A DNA stretch of 61,546 nt, filler included, from Nemertoderma westbladi (lineage: Eukaryota; Animalia; Xenacoelomorpha), in the NCBI GenBank assembly GCA_032718475.1. It is 3 parts of 3 records of this genome, joined end to end, with 100 filler letters (N's around TTAATTAATTAA, not from the genome) between each part and the next. Parts side by side here need not be neighbours in the genome. Positions count along the whole stretch, not along the records: positions 31,424 to 52,173 come from JAUCBJ010008901.1; 2 more parts are not named here. One strand, written 5' to 3'. The notes below the pieces were generated by a model. The model had not been told where the DNA came from, ran no database searches, and saw only the letters and a list, made by a program, of their open reading frames with translations. How positions within the stretch are numbered: the stretch's first letter is position 1; each line of letters starts with the position of its first letter. Shown in pieces: positions 35,480-49,100 of the stretch. The translations under genes were made by a program, and so were the position numbers.

Positions 35480-36935
35480 CTAGGCGTGGAGGCGACCCAA
35501 TTTGTAAGAAATATTAAAACTTACCTTATGCTGATAGTATTGATACTGATGAAATATTAAACATTAACTTACCACCTATTTCTTAACTATTAATCCGTTC
35601 AAGCGGTAACTTGACAGATATGTATGGCGGATGTGTCTTACAAAGGTGGCTAATCCGTCTGCAGTTCTCTAGTCTGCCGTTAGAGCCTAGAGGACGAAAT
35701 GTCTGAAAGCGAAATTTGTAAGCTGAGTCTTGTCAAATATGTACTACACGAAGTGGGGCCTTCGCGCAGCACGTGACTTAAATTTAATTTAAGTACTAAT
35801 TCGAAAGTATTACTGTATTAGCAAATTTTAAGCAGATTTCGCCTAATCACTTTTTACCTCTTTCATTTCTATTCAGACATTTCTGACTCTAGCGGTATAG
35901 TGAGAACTGAAGATGGATTAGGGTCTCCAGCCCCACAAAGACACAGCCTATGGATGAATAGTACATACGTACATCGGCCAAGTTTCATCTTGAATAACGG
36001 ATAACGAAATGAGAGACGGATCTCACTTTCAGAAATTTCGTCGTATAGCGGCAGACCGATTAAATCTCCCCCCCCCCCCCCCCCCACAAAGACGCAGCAT
36101 GTGGTCCAGAATATATGGCAAGATTCAGCTTAAACTGATTAAAATCAATGAGACGGGAGAATCTATTCACTTTCAGGCATAAAGTAGTCCTATAGCGGGT
36201 GACTGTTGAACTGATTTTCAACAAAACAAATTTTCAACTTGGCAGCTTTAAATTCGACAAAGTTATAAGCATGTCAATATCATAACGACGACAACGATTT
36301 CACTTTCAGACATTTGGCCCTCTAGCGGCAGACTGGAGAACTGCAGATGGATTCGCCTCCTTTGAAAGTCACAGCTAATGGTCTAATACATATCTGCCAA
36401 GTTTCAGCTTAAACGGATTAAAAGCAAAGAAATGGGAGGGCATTTAATGTTTAGACATGTGTCCCTCTAGCGGGAGACCATTGCACTGATGGTGTCTGAA
36501 AGTCTCTCAAAAATCTCATCTTTAGCTCATATTGATACCTACAAATTTTCAACTTGGCAGCTTTAAATCCGACAAAGTTATTAGCATGTCAAAATCGTAA
36601 CGACGACAACGATTTCACTTTCAGACCTTTGGCCCTCTAGCGGCAGACTGGAGAACTGCAGATGGATTCGCCTCCTTTGAAAGTCACAGCTAATGGTCTA
36701 ATACATATCTGCCAAGTTTCAGCTTAAACGGATTAAAAGCAAAGAAATGGGAGGGCATTTAATGTTTAGACATGTGGCCCTCTAGCGGGAGACCATTGCA
36801 CTGATGGTGTCTGAAAGTCTCTCAAAAATCTCAACTTTTGCTCATATTGATACCTACAAATTTTCAACTTGGCAGCTTTAAATCCGACTTATTAGTCAAT
36901 TAATTAAGTTATTAGCATGTCAAAATCGTAACGAC

Positions 36936-36967
<32 letters not shown>

Positions 36968-37042
36968 CAACTATTTGCATAAATTGACCCACCCCCTAAC
37001 AGTGTCAATTCGCTAAGGCTCCGCCAACTTCGTGGCTCGCCC
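35480..37042 (-). mobile_element. Probable HINE-like element with 315-bp core repeats and a (GAC)n microsatellite
   Basis: ACAAATTTTCAACTTGGCAGC at 36226, 36541 and 36856; (GAC)n at ~36931-36968; GC-rich hairpin at ~37017-37042; the other end TAGGCGTGGAGGCGACCC also occurs at ~31428. Confidence 0.5.
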
Positions 37043-37387
37043 CACAGAGTAGAACACAGCCTGCATCGCCGCAGCTTTGTGGGAACAATAAATTGGTCCA
37101 GAGTTATCTATTCGGCCACTAGAAGGCGAAATGTATGAAAGTGACAACCATTCCATTTTCCTTGGACACAATCTGTGGGGCAAGTCACGAAGTGTTGGCG
37201 AGCCATGAGCGAACTGATATAATTATACTATGGCCGTTTTCCAAAGGTAGGTATGCACTGGTTAAAGCTACATATTGTGGACGTAAGTGCCATACAATAA
37301 TACCCACGTTCTGGGGACCTTTCGCTAACTGGGGACGTCCCCAGAACGTTCTGACTGGAAATTGATCATTGCAAAATTAGTCTAAAT

Positions 37388-38055
37388 ACGGTATCCACCT
37401 AGAGTTGACAGCAGTGGATACCGACCGGTGTAGGTTGTACGCGTCGTTGCGTCGCTGGGCTGTTGGGCTGACTGGCGGCTGGATAATATCTTTGCCCGAA
37501 GGCCGGTGAAAACAATATAGTTTGTTTGTCAGTATTGATAATCACAGCAATTGTTAATAGCACAGTCTGAATGTAATAATATTCAATGCAAACAGTAACA
37601 GTAATAACGACGTAGTAACGATGGTCAAAACTATTCCGGTCTCACAAATGTAAGGGAATCAACTAACTGATAATCAGTGATTACAATGGTTATATCATTG
37701 ACACATATTGGTTTTAGCCCTACACTACTGGGCGGCCTCTAAGATCCAATGGATGCGCTCTTGTCCTCCCCAATGTGCTTTCCTGCCGCTATTGGCTCAT
37801 ATACTAATTGTCACTTCGCCACTCCCTGTTGGTGTTTCCCCTTGGTGCTAGCCTCACTAGTTGGTTTCTCCCTCTGAGGTGGTTTGACCTCTCACCTCTC
37901 TCTGTGGCTTACGGCGTGTATCCCCCCCCCCCCCCACCCCCCCAGTTGGTTATGAGGTGAGATTATTATTGGTAATCTCACATCGCCAACTATATTGGTA
38001 AAATGCCACTAGTTCCATTTTAGGTGGGTAGTGCACGGAATTGAATCCGCTTACA
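37388..38055 (-). repeat. 3' LTR of element B, missing its last 4 nt
   Basis: Begins TGTAAGCGGATTCAATTCC on the minus strand right after the polypurine tract; closely similar to 44511-44929. Confidence 0.9.
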
Positions 38056-38064
38056 CTCCCCCCC
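38056..38064 (-). promoter_or_regulatory. Polypurine tract of element B
   Basis: GGGGGGGAG immediately before the TG of the 3' LTR. Confidence 0.8.
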
Positions 38065-40052
38065 ATGCTATCTTCCCGGTGAGAAGATAGCATCAACCTT
38101 AAGTGCGCTTCAATTCCGCTGGAATCCAATCTAATATTGGATATGGGGTGGAATTTTCTTCTCGGGGTCGGCTTTCCAGGCCGGCCCCCAAGGGTCTGTT
38201 ATCACTACCCATCCTTGGTACATCTGCGAGCTACGTTGTACCAAGGTATCTGGCGTCTCTGTTTAAGATCATTGCCCTCATTCCTCACACAATTTTCCTC
38301 AAATTTTCCTGAAATTTTCCTCATGGACCTTGCTGTCCCTTCCTCTCTCACCAGTCCCTTGGGACTAATCCTCCTCCATGCTCGCCCCCCACACTTGAAT
38401 CTCGCACTTGTTTAACTTCCTCACACCCTAACACCCCCTCCCCATACTTCACCCATCCCCCCATTCTCGTTCTCACTCTCCACACTCCTATCAGGTCCCA
38501 TGCATGTGTACACCATGTCAGTGGGATCCGTCTAAGTCTCATCCTGCTGTTCTAGTCAATTAGTCTCCAGTCCCAGTAGCTAATTGGAGAAAGGGCGTAC
38601 TTGACTATACTATGTATATAATATATTATACATTCGTCCACATGACGTGTCTTAACCCCCCCCCCCCCCCCCCCCCTCTCGGAGGTGATAAGACTCGTCA
38701 CTCCCGGTCTCGCCCGTTTCATGCTTTCTCCGCCATCACGATTCTCCTCTCTCACCAGACTGGTGGTGCCTTAGAAAGGCTCAGGATGGTAAGAGATAAC
38801 TAAGTATGGTCTTAATTAGTTTAAATCAGTGATGGCCTTCCTCCTATCTTCTTCTTTCTATTTGTACAAATATTCCCCTTTACCTGTGCTATTGTTAAAA
38901 TATCCAAAATGGCAGAATGGTCGCAGTTGCAGTTGTTCGGTCAAGTATCCCTCATATTATTGCTATATAATATATATAGGCTAATAAGTACAAAAAGCTT
39001 ACTTGAGACTGGTACACAGCTCAATACAGCAGTATACCACTGCATACATCAATGCATCACCCAACACCGAAATACTAAGTATCAAGAAAAAGTAAGGGAA
39101 CTTAGATCATACTATCAGTTTGAACTCGTAATAGTACAATATTTACAACAGCTATTATCCTATCTGCCATCTGATATTCCCCCTCATCCCTATTCCCCCT
39201 CATCTGATATTCCACTTCTACTACGGTATGCGTACATACCCCCCCCCCCCCCCTCAGTTCCTCACGTGGCGCCCTCAGTGCCCGCAGGTTCTATGGTACT
39301 GTGTACCCTTCTACTACGGTATGCGTACATACCCCCCAATTCCTCACGTGGCGCCCTCAGTGCCCACAAGTTCTACGGTACGTAAATTAGGTACATTGGT
39401 ACATTATTGTACCCTTCCGACGTACATAATTGTAACTACCTACTAATATCTACTTTCTACATAGAGCATACCTTGGTACTAAGTACTTATTTTATTATTT
39501 GCTTATTATTTTTTGCTTTATTTTGTGTGTGGGAAGGGCGTCTCGCCCTCATTCTCACCCCCCTCAGTCAAATGTATTGGACGACTCAACTCTAAGGTGA
39601 CCCTTCCAATAGGCAACACTTTCCTACCACCCTCCTGTAGGTCTTCCTATCTTTGGCCCTATCTTTCCTCCGATCCTCACTTCCACAGAACTAATCCTCC
39701 CATCCTTGTCCCCCCTCAGTCCAAATTATTGGACGAAACAACAACCTAAGGGCGATTCTTCCAGCAGGCAACTCTCCCACTGCGCCCCTGTAGGTCCTCT
39801 TAATCTTCGAACCACTCTCCTTCTCAATTCCAACTCTCTTGGAATTGACCTTCCCTTTTCCTCCACCCTTAAATCGGGGCTTTCCGTCATCTCACTGATC
39901 TCCTCGAGGTCCCCTGGCAGCAAAATGCCACCCTCCATCTTGTAGTCACTTGGCGGTAGGATGATACCCCTCATGCAATCCTCACTGGTACATGCCACCT
40001 CTGCTGGACTCCCCCTCAATACGTGCGCCGGCATTAAAGCCCCCGATGACCC

Positions 40053-41207
40053 TCAGTCATCCTGCAATACGCATAATGGCTTACCATTTAATGCCCCCTC
40101 GCACTCTGCCAGCCCAGTGTGCATGTACAACATGTCTCCTCCAACTTCCCTGCCTCCTTTGTCACGCTTCATCATCGGCTTCTCCGCCTCTGGTTTAATC
40201 TTCCCACATCCTCTCCCTTTCCACCTTGTCTTCTTATTCGACCTCTTCCCCATCGGTATGCTTCTCAACTGGACCGGCGTCTGCTCCGGACATCTCTCCG
40301 GATATCTTGGCGTCCACTCTTCTCCGTCCTCATACCAATACTTGCCAGGAACATCTATGTTCCATCCCATCGCCTCTAGGTCCTCTGCATCGAACCCCTT
40401 CTCCTCCGCCCACTCTCTTGCTGTTGCTTCTCCTCCTGACTCAACTATCAGCGGTATTTCTCTGGACTTATCCTCCACCCTTTCACCATGCTCCACTATG
40501 CGTGGTTCCAGATCCATACCCATCCCCAATTCCTGGTATCCTTCCCCGGGCCGCTCCTCACGTGGGATTTCCCCATCACCCGTCTTTGATTTCTCCTCTA
40601 TGTCCTCAACAGTACCAGACAGCATGCATCCTGATGTCTCAGATACACCAAACGGTGTCCTAGTCTTAATTGGGCCAGTGAGCGTCCATCCAAATGGCGT
40701 GAGAATAGCCATCGGGTCTCGCTCCCTATCCTCGCCGAAAATGGTCTGTAGTCTCTCGTGGGCTGTCGGACAATCCATGCCGACTATGAGAGATACTTTC
40801 GGGAAATCCAGCTCTGGCACGGAGAAATCGATGTTGTCCAGGTAACGGTATTGCTCGACCTCGATCTTTGTGGGTCGCCTGGCATTAAAATTGATCGATT
40901 CTATTATCTGAATGGGTTCGATGGTAGCCCCATAATCGCCTGGTGTTATCGCTGCTATTTCGCAACGTCCCGTTCTCATTCTCATGACCTCGTCCTTACT
41001 GGAGATAGTGGCTACTGCCATCTTGCTAGGCCTCGTCCGTAACCCTATCTTTTCGGCCACCCAACTCTCTGTTAGCGTGAATACTGCTCCGCTATCGACC
41101 AACATTAGTGTCGTAACCGATAGCCCATCCTCTCCTATTATTCTCACTGGTACAACCCCGAGTAGTACCGTCCTCTTCCTCCTTGCTCCCATCGTGCTCG
41201 TTGCCAT
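40053..41207 (-). CDS. BEL/Pao aspartic protease region of element B
   Basis: VLLGVVPVRI..TLMLVDSGAVFT..KIGL, VSLIVGMD, TPFGWTLTGP. Confidence 0.82.
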   Translation of the reverse strand: MATSTMGARRKRTVLLGVVPVRIIGEDGLSVTTLMLVDSGAVFTLTESWVAEKIGLRTRPSKMAVATISSKDEVMRMRTGRCEIAAITPGDYGATIEPIQIIESINFNARRPTKIEVEQYRYLDNIDFSVPELDFPKVSLIVGMDCPTAHERLQTIFGEDRERDPMAILTPFGWTLTGPIKTRTPFGVSETSGCMLSGTVEDIEEKSKTGDGEIPREERPGEGYQELGMGMDLEPRIVEHGERVEDKSREIPLIVESGGEATAREWAEEKGFDAEDLEAMGWNIDVPGKYWYEDGEEWTPRYPERCPEQTPVQLRSIPMGKRSNKKTRWKGRGCGKIKPEAEKPMMKRDKGGREVGGDMLYMHTGLAECEGALNGKPLCVLQDD

Positions 41208-41209
41208 GG

Positions 41210-44200
41210 TTTAGCCTCCAGTCTCATCAGTCTCCTCATGTTTTGTCGGTGGTTCCTGGTATTCATCATTCCAGTGTCCTCCTACCGCTCATCGATGACA
41301 TAGTCCATTCTTATCAGCGTAGGCTATCCGATCTTGTTTGAGTAACGCCTGCCAATGCTTACAGTCTATGGTCTTATGGGTCCCATCGCTATGCAATTTA
41401 CATTTGTATCCAGGATTGTAGCGTTCCTTGTATAGCCCTTCACGTATCGCGCGTAGATTCATATCTAGCGGTTTAGTGTTTTGGTTATTTGGACTCGGCC
41501 TACTGGGGATATTGGGATTGTATTTGTTTGTGTTGTTATTTTGTTTCTGTCCCTGCCACGGTGTGGCCCTACTCCCAGCTGCTTGTGGACTACAAGTCCC
41601 CAGTGTAGCCGCATACGGTATTGATTGTCTTATTTTTGGAAGTGCATTCGCCGCACTGTATCGGGTTTAGGCCTGTTGTATTCAGCTTTTGGCGCCTTCC
41701 CCAAACTGTCCTCGCTGTACACTGGGTCCGTGATCAATTCTGCTTCATAGTTAAGGAAGTTCGACATCTCCTCCAGCCCTGGCTCCGCACCTTTCTTCTC
41801 CCAAGTGGAGAAAGCGATCTTTCTCCACTTGTTTCTCAGCCAGATTGGTAGTGCCTGCGCTATTGTAGTGATGTTGTTTGATGCATTGAGTTCGTAAGGT
41901 GCATCCAGAGTCTTTAATACTATTAGCGCCTTTTCTACTTTGTTCTTCTAGGTTTTTCATTAAGATTTCATTGCTGTACATGTGCCTGAATTGCAGATAT
42001 TCCTCCAGCTAACTACCATCGAATTTGAAGGGCTCCACTGGCGGCAGCTCAATCCTAGTCTTCAGCGCATCGATGAGTGTTGCCATTCCCATCGCTTGTA
42101 CTTCCAATGCGCTCGATGGTAGGGATACAGACTCCCTTGCTGTTGGGTGCGGTTCACCCGTCGGGCCCATCGACTTTCCTTGCGTTGGATATATCATTGG
42201 GGGTAACAGTCCCCTCCATATCTCCAAGTCGCATGATTTATTTGGGTCTGAGGGGTTTGGGGTTCTTGTTCTTGGCTGCGTGTATTGCTGATACTGTAAT
42301 GGGGGAATGTCACCCTCCCCCCCCCCCCCCCCCCCACCCCACCAGTGTTATGTTTCGTACTGGGGTTGATGTTATCATGTTGGGACCCATACACCTATCG
42401 GCAATACCTCCCCCCTACCCTGGGTATATATTATATCCCTGCATTTTATAGTCATACTGGTGTGCAGGTACCAGTATAGGCCTATCGGCTTCTTGCCTTC
42501 CGACCGGCATGTACACCGCAACCTCCGGGTTTAATCCCGTCATTCGTGCTACCCTATCGCCTACACTATCTCTCCCAGCATAGCCTATAGTATGTGCAGT
42601 AAGGCCTACAGTTTGTCCTGCAGTCTGCCTGTGTCCTTCCGGACAGAAGTTTAATCTTCTCAAGTATTCTGAGAAGTTCTCCCCGTGACTACCATATTCT
42701 CGATCGGCAGCTACGTTCCGACGGGAAGTTTCTCTCCGATCCCCTCTCCTGTCTTCATCCTCGTAATGGTACACTCTGTACCCCTCTCCCGGTGTGTGGT
42801 AGATTTCACCAAGTTGTGTTTCTCCGGGGGGATGGCAATCTCCCGGAGTACGACCCCATCAGCTCTCTGTCTCCATCTCGACTACTGATGGTTAACTGTC
42901 CGTCCTTCCCCTCTGGTTGCTCGTAGCAACGCTTCCTCGCTTCTCCCTGCCTCGTCCGATTCCAGTGCAGTGTTCTCCCTGGTGAGATCTCGCTTCGACC
43001 TCCCGGATAAAATCCACTGTCCTTCTTCCATTCTTCCGACTGGGCTCGATGTTTCCCTGTTCGCCCGCTCACGGCACCAATGTCCCTCCCTCTGCCCAGT
43101 TGGACTGTCCAGGGGATATTCGCAGTCCCCCTACTATCCTCTGTCGTCGGGTGCCACGGTCCACTTAACTCACTGCAAGCATTGTCCGCCGATGCTTGTG
43201 GGACATTCTCTGCCCCCCCCCCCCCCATCTCGCCCGCTGTTAGGTGCCACGGTTCACTCAACTCACCGCGCACATTGTCCATCGACGCTCATTGGACATT
43301 CTCTGCCGTCCCCCCCCCCCCCCCCCCACCCCCCTCTCGCCCGCCATTGGGTGCCAAGGTTCACTCAACTCACTGCGCACATTACCCGTCGAAGCTCATG
43401 GGACATTCTCTGCCCCCCTCGTTTTCCACGCTCGTTTTCTACGCTCGTTCTTTTCCCTCGCCTGTCGCTCTTTGCGCTCACTCATTTCTCTCTCCTCCCG
43501 TTCCCTATAGTTTCTCGCCACCCTCTCGGCCCTCTCTTTACACTCTCTCGCTAATTCCCTCTCCCTCTCTAGTAACGCAGTTCCCTGATCCAACTGCCTT
43601 TCTAGCTCCTTTTGATCCAGCACAATAATGTCTAATTGACACGCCAGATCTATCTCTAACACCCATCTTGCTTTCACGGAGGATGTAGCGGACTTTTCGG
43701 TTGCGACGGACTCCCGTCGCCTGTCTGTCCTACTAATTTCCCCCGTTTGCTGGGATTCCTACTAACCGATGACACCGAATCTTCGGGGTTAACCTCGGAT
43801 TCGCTGCCATGCGGATCCGCCCATCCCACTAACTTAATCCGCCTCGCATCCACCAGATAAGGCCCTACGTACACAATGTCTGCCTCCTCCACCTCGGATC
43901 GCTACAATTCAAACAGTTCTGTGGCTACCCCCCTCGCCCTCTCACTCGCCAATTCCCCCTGTCCAAATCGGACTAAATAGCGGAAGTGTTTGTTGCACTC
44001 ACCTAGTCTTTGAAATAGTTTGGGCTGGTCTACCTTTCTCCCCTCCCTAGCGTCCTTCAACAACCTCTTCGTGGTGTTGTATGCCTCTCGCAGGCGATTA
44101 CTCATCCCGACGTCCTCCTCGTTGACTTTACCTTCCCTCCTCGTCCGGCGCCATACCGTCGGCCCCACCGTCGCCGTTCCGGTGGGCCATTCGTCGCCCT

Positions 44201-44453
44201 CGGCCTGTGGTTGGCCGGCGATTTCGGTACCTCGACCGCTGTTGGGATCTTGCGTCGACTCGTCGTCCTTCCCTCCTCATTGTCGGCCGCCCTCCGCTCG
44301 GGTGTCTGGATCGTCCCTCGCTGGTGAGTCCGGGGTGGCGGGCTGGTACCGCCTCGTCGCGGCCTCTCGAATCGTTTGGTCTGTATCGCTCGGGGTCCGC
44401 GGCGGCATTCTTCCTCCTTCTGAGATCTGGGGCGTATCCCGTTGTTCGCTCAT
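41210..44453 (-). pseudogene. gag of element B, with many stops and frameshifts
   Basis: MSEQ start homologous to A, coiled coil, LPPVEPFKFDGS, and CKLH..THKTIDC knuckle at ~41360-41400. Confidence 0.75.
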
Positions 44454-44496
44454 CTTGGCTTCTCGAGTTGTTTGTGGTCACAGTTTGTTGTTTGGT

Positions 44497-44506
44497 AGTT
44501 TTTGAC
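44497..44506 (-). promoter_or_regulatory. Non-tRNA primer-binding site of element B, complementary to LTR 44733-44742
   Basis: Minus strand GTCAAAAACT directly after the LTR end CCGTCACA; its exact complement AGTTTTTGAC lies inside the LTR. Confidence 0.7.
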
Positions 44507-44929
44507 TGTGACGGTATCCACCTAGAGTTGACAGCAGTGGATACCGACCATTGTAGGTTGTACGCGTTGTTGCGTCACTGGGCTGTTCTGCTGACTGATG
44601 GCTGGATAATATGCTTGCCCGAAGGCCGGTGAAAACAATATAGTTTGTTTGTCAGTATTGATAATCACAGCAATTGATAATAGCACAGTCTGAATATGAT
44701 AATATGCAATGTAAACTGTAACAGTAACGAGGGTCAAAAACTTTTCCGGTCTCACAACCGTAAGGGAATCAACGAACTAATAATCAGTGATTACAAGAGT
44801 TATATCATTGACACATATTGGTTTTAGCCCTACAATACTGGGTGGCCTCTAATACCCAATGGATGCGCTCTTGTCCTCCCCAATGTGCTTTCCTGCCCGC
44901 TATTGGCTTATATACTAATTGTCACTTCG
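44507..44929 (-). repeat. 5' LTR of element B, upstream part lost
   Basis: Matches 37388-37818; similarity stops at 44930. Confidence 0.88.
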
Positions 44930-45619
44930 GTGTGTATTTGTGTTCGGTGTGTATGGGGTGTAAATATTGATGTCCCCACTATAACAGTGATAAGTATACA
45001 CACATTATCTACGTCATTTTGTGACGTCACAATGTCCCCAGTGAGCTTAATTTTCAACGACCCCGGTTTGTGGTTGAAATTAAGTATGTTATGAGTTATG
45101 TTCAATTATTTATGGATTAGTTAGTCAGGTCTGTCTTTGAGACAATGCAGCTCAGGCAATCCCTAGATAATGTTTTTTTATTGTTTTTATACACTCTTGA
45201 ATAATTGTAAAAGTTAATATTTCCTTATGAGTTACCTATGCACCCCTTGTGGTGCAACTTTCCTCAGTTACTATAACAATGGATTTTATCTTAGTCGATA
45301 GTGCTAAACAATCCCGCATGCACTATGCATACAAGCATGTAGCAATTTTTTTTAAAAATATGTGGACAAATATCGTCTTACGGCCACTGCTACTTTTTAT
45401 TCTGTGGGGGCACTAATTAAATTCATGTTTAAAATAAATACAAATAAGGTGGAGCCAAACGATATTTTATAATTTTATATAATTATACATTATAATAATT
45501 ATACAATTTTATATATTGACGAAAACACACCATTCTAAATACTGTCCCTTGCGCACACCTGGGGGCTTTTTTAGTGCTGGGAGTATTATAATAGGCCCTA
45601 CGTATAGTTGCAATGAATG

Positions 45620-46165
45620 TTACTACTACTACTACTACTACTAGGTCGAGCGAACTCGGACAGTGGAAATGAGATCCTTCCAGGCTTCCCGATTCTCCAT
45701 AGTTGTCGCAATTTCGTTTCTCCCAAGTTCAGTATCCCTTTCAAGTTGATCTATATATGTTATGGCCGGTCGTCCATGACTAAGCTTTCCACGAGTTGGT
45801 TGCCAGAAAAGTAGATCTGGTCTGTACTCGTCTTTACTTCGCCAGCAGTGCCCACTGAATCTTAATCTGCGTTCACGGATGGTGGTTGATACATGTGGTA
45901 TTGTACCATTTGGTTTGTCATGTGTTGTCTCTAGCTGATGTTTAGGGCTGCCCTTACAACCATCAAATCGTTGTTCAAGTCAGTGTCCAGATCTCACCCC
46001 GTATAAAAATACACTTTCCACTGTGGCTCGAAAGAACTTAGTCTTCAGGTGCCTGGAGAGATCTGATTTCCAGATGGTATCCATTTTTGATATAGCTACC
46101 CAAGCCTTTGCTTTCCTAACTTCTATGTCATTTTTGCTACTCTCTATCCACTGCTCGGAAATTAT
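45620..46165 (-). mobile_element. 3' fragment of a second RTE family (RTE-b)
   Basis: RKAKAWVAISKMDTIWKS, RRLRFSGHCWRS, GRPAITYIDQL and a (TAG)n tail. Confidence 0.85.
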
Positions 46166-49100
46166 TCTAGATTCCCTTTAGAAAGTACAAATACTCCCTT
46201 AACCAGTAGCCAAATCCCTGTATTGTCGGCTGGAAACCCCCAGAGAGAACGCAAGTCGTTCGGACTAGGGCTGTCTCCCATCGCCCCAATGCGCCATCCC
46301 GCTGCCACTCCGTTGGCGACTCCCGCTCCAGTGGTCGAGTGGATGGAGGAGAGAAGAAGGGAGATAGGAGAACTGCTACGGCAGATGGCCCTGGATAAAG
46401 CCAAATCAGCTGCACAGCTCAGAGATTTGGAGGATACTGTTGGTTCATTAAAGGGAACAGTATGAGGAGAGAATAAAATCGAGTTGCAAGAAGTACAGCA
46501 ACAAATCACTCTAGAAAGCGATAAATTAGTAAACATAAAAAAGGATATACCACCACCCCCTGTAACTATATTTCAACCACTTCGGTCTGAATTGCGAATG
46601 CGCAAGGTGTAGAGCCTATACGCATATATACTGCTAGTGAAGTGGAAACTCCTATAGCAAATCATACCAATAATATTAATAATATTAATAGACCAACTTG
46701 TAATGATATCCCATATGTGCCTGATAACAATCCGAGAAATATATATTCGGATAATTCGATATTGAACAATACGATGGCTCAGGAGAGCTTTACGCACCAA
46801 ATGGTGAGAACCGAGGCCTGTCAAGCAGTGAAGGTGGGAGAAATCGTCAAGTTTAACGGAGATGAGATGAAGTGGTTGCCTTTTAATGAATATTATAAAG
46901 ACAATATACATAACTTGGTCCTATCAAATGGAGGGAAGTTAAGATTCCACATCGAGTGTTTGGAAGGTCCTCCCAAATTGATGGCGTTAAAGTTCATTGG
47001 ACAACCTGATGGACTAAGACAAGTATGGGATACCCTAAATACCAGGTATGGTAATAGGACTAAATTAGCTAGATACTTGTATGCAAAATTAGTGGCGCCC
47101 AGTAAATTCCCCAGCAATGGAATTATAGAGTTATCTGATGAGGTTCAGGAGATCTGTAGACAGTTGGAATGGTAGGTAAATCTCATGAGTACCAAAGTTC
47201 TATGGTGGTAGGAGCTGTAGCGGCATCTTTACCTAAGGGTGGAGTAGGTACTCGTTGGGTCAAAAAGGTGCTTTACTTGGAGGATCAACATATGAGAGAT
47301 CGTACAATGTCGGGCCTTAGGTCTTTCCTGACTGGAGACGGAGAGGTAAGATTACAGCTGATCAAACAGTCTAGAGGAAAAAAACTCCTGAAACCAAGGT
47401 AAGCAAGAAACCAGTAGCTAGGAGAAAGGTAATGCCTGTATGCTACACCGAGTATGAGAGTCAAACCTCCTATGATGAGGACAGTGGACCAAATACTGCC
47501 GACGTCTACTACACAGGTAAGAGCAAAGACGTGGGAAAATCCAAAGATCGGCAGAAGGACCGAAAGCGAGAATAGCATAAGACTCCTCTGACGTCACCCA
47601 AAAGGAATCCTGATAAGAAGCCCGAAGAAAGAACTCGAGTGCAGAACGCTGTACGACCTCAGAGATATATGTAGCGTAACTTGGGATAAGAGATTATGTT
47701 ACAACTGTCTGAGGAGGGGACATCAGTTAGCATTTAGTAGTCCTTTAACCCAGCGAGAGGCAGAATTACCTTGGGAAAGAGTAAGCTGTTATGAACCACC
47801 CTTTACTAACACTGGTGTGGATTTATTTGCCCTATTGAGGTGTATTGCGCTCGAACTATAGTCAAGCGATGGTGAATTATATATGTGTTTGTATGACGTG
47901 TAGAGCAATTCATCTGGACATGGTGAACGATTTATCTACTAATAGTTTCATACTCAGTCTACGCCGACAAATCGCTCACTTTGGGACTAGCAACACCATA
48001 TGATTGGATAAAGGCACCAACTATATCGGAGCCAAAAACGAGATAAAGGGTTACGTCAACGACTGGAACCAGCGACAGGTAAATGATCAGCTGAGAGTGA
48101 TAGCGTCCAGCTGTACTTTCAACCTGCCAATGCTCCATGGTGGGGAGGAAGTTGGGAGAGACTTATACGCAGTGTCAAGACCACATTTCACTTTGTAGTG
48201 CCATGCTGCGTGTATCTCACTGACAAACTCCTACGAACTCTAATGGAGGAAATTGCCTGAATGAGAGACCGCTCATTCCAGTCTCTTCCAGTCCCAATTC
48301 CCTAGAAACACTAACACCCACGCACTTTCTCCTGAAGAAGCCGGTGGCCATGCTTCCAACTTCGGACATAAATGATGGAGACGAGTATTGTAAACAAACT
48401 TGGCAGCTCATGCAGTTGTTGTCCCGCCATTTCGCTGACCATTTCGAGAAGTATTATCTCCCAACACTGCAGCTTAGAACTAAGTGGTTTGCGCAGCAGG
48501 AAAATGTCAGTTCCGGAGACATGGTTTTAACAGTTGATTCAGATCTACCCCGCAAGAGGTGGCAGATAGGTCGTATTATCGAGACCCATATATCCGATGA
48601 CGGTTTAGTGTGATCGGTAGAACTCATTGTAATGAGACGAAACCATAAGAAGAAAGGAATGGTCTTTGAGACACAACAACTGAACCACCCCATTGGTCGT
48701 CTATGTCTACTAGAAAGAGACAGGGAGTTGTCTGGAAATTACGGTAAACAGGAAACTCGACCACCTCCCAGATTAAATGAACAAATAGAGACTAAATGAC
48801 TCTTAGTTAGGGGAGCGGGATCAAGACCATTTATTTATCTGTATATTAGTCTTTATATACGTTTTATTACGTAATTTTATAATCTCGTCAATCTGACGAG
48901 AAGAATCAGCTTGGGGAGAAGCAAACCGAGATACCACTAGAGACTATGACGAACTCTGTTCTTACTTCAAAGACCAACCACAAATGGAGATATATTGTGC
49001 TTATTGTCACATTAATAATAAGCATATCTTTGCTGTCTGCCCACAGTTTATGACACAATGTCATTACTGTCAGTTAAAGGGACACGCTAGTTGGGATTGC

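Larger units (their letters stand above)
37388..44929 (-). mobile_element. BEL/Pao element B: non-autonomous relative of A with gag and protease but no RT, RNase H or integrase core
   Basis: Two homologous LTRs, PPT, gag homologous to A, aspartic protease, and only the integrase C-terminus retained. Confidence 0.88.

Noticed and set aside
39961-44632. Many S/P/L-rich plus-strand ORFs
   Set aside because: They are antisense shadows of the purine-rich gag/protease strand of element B.
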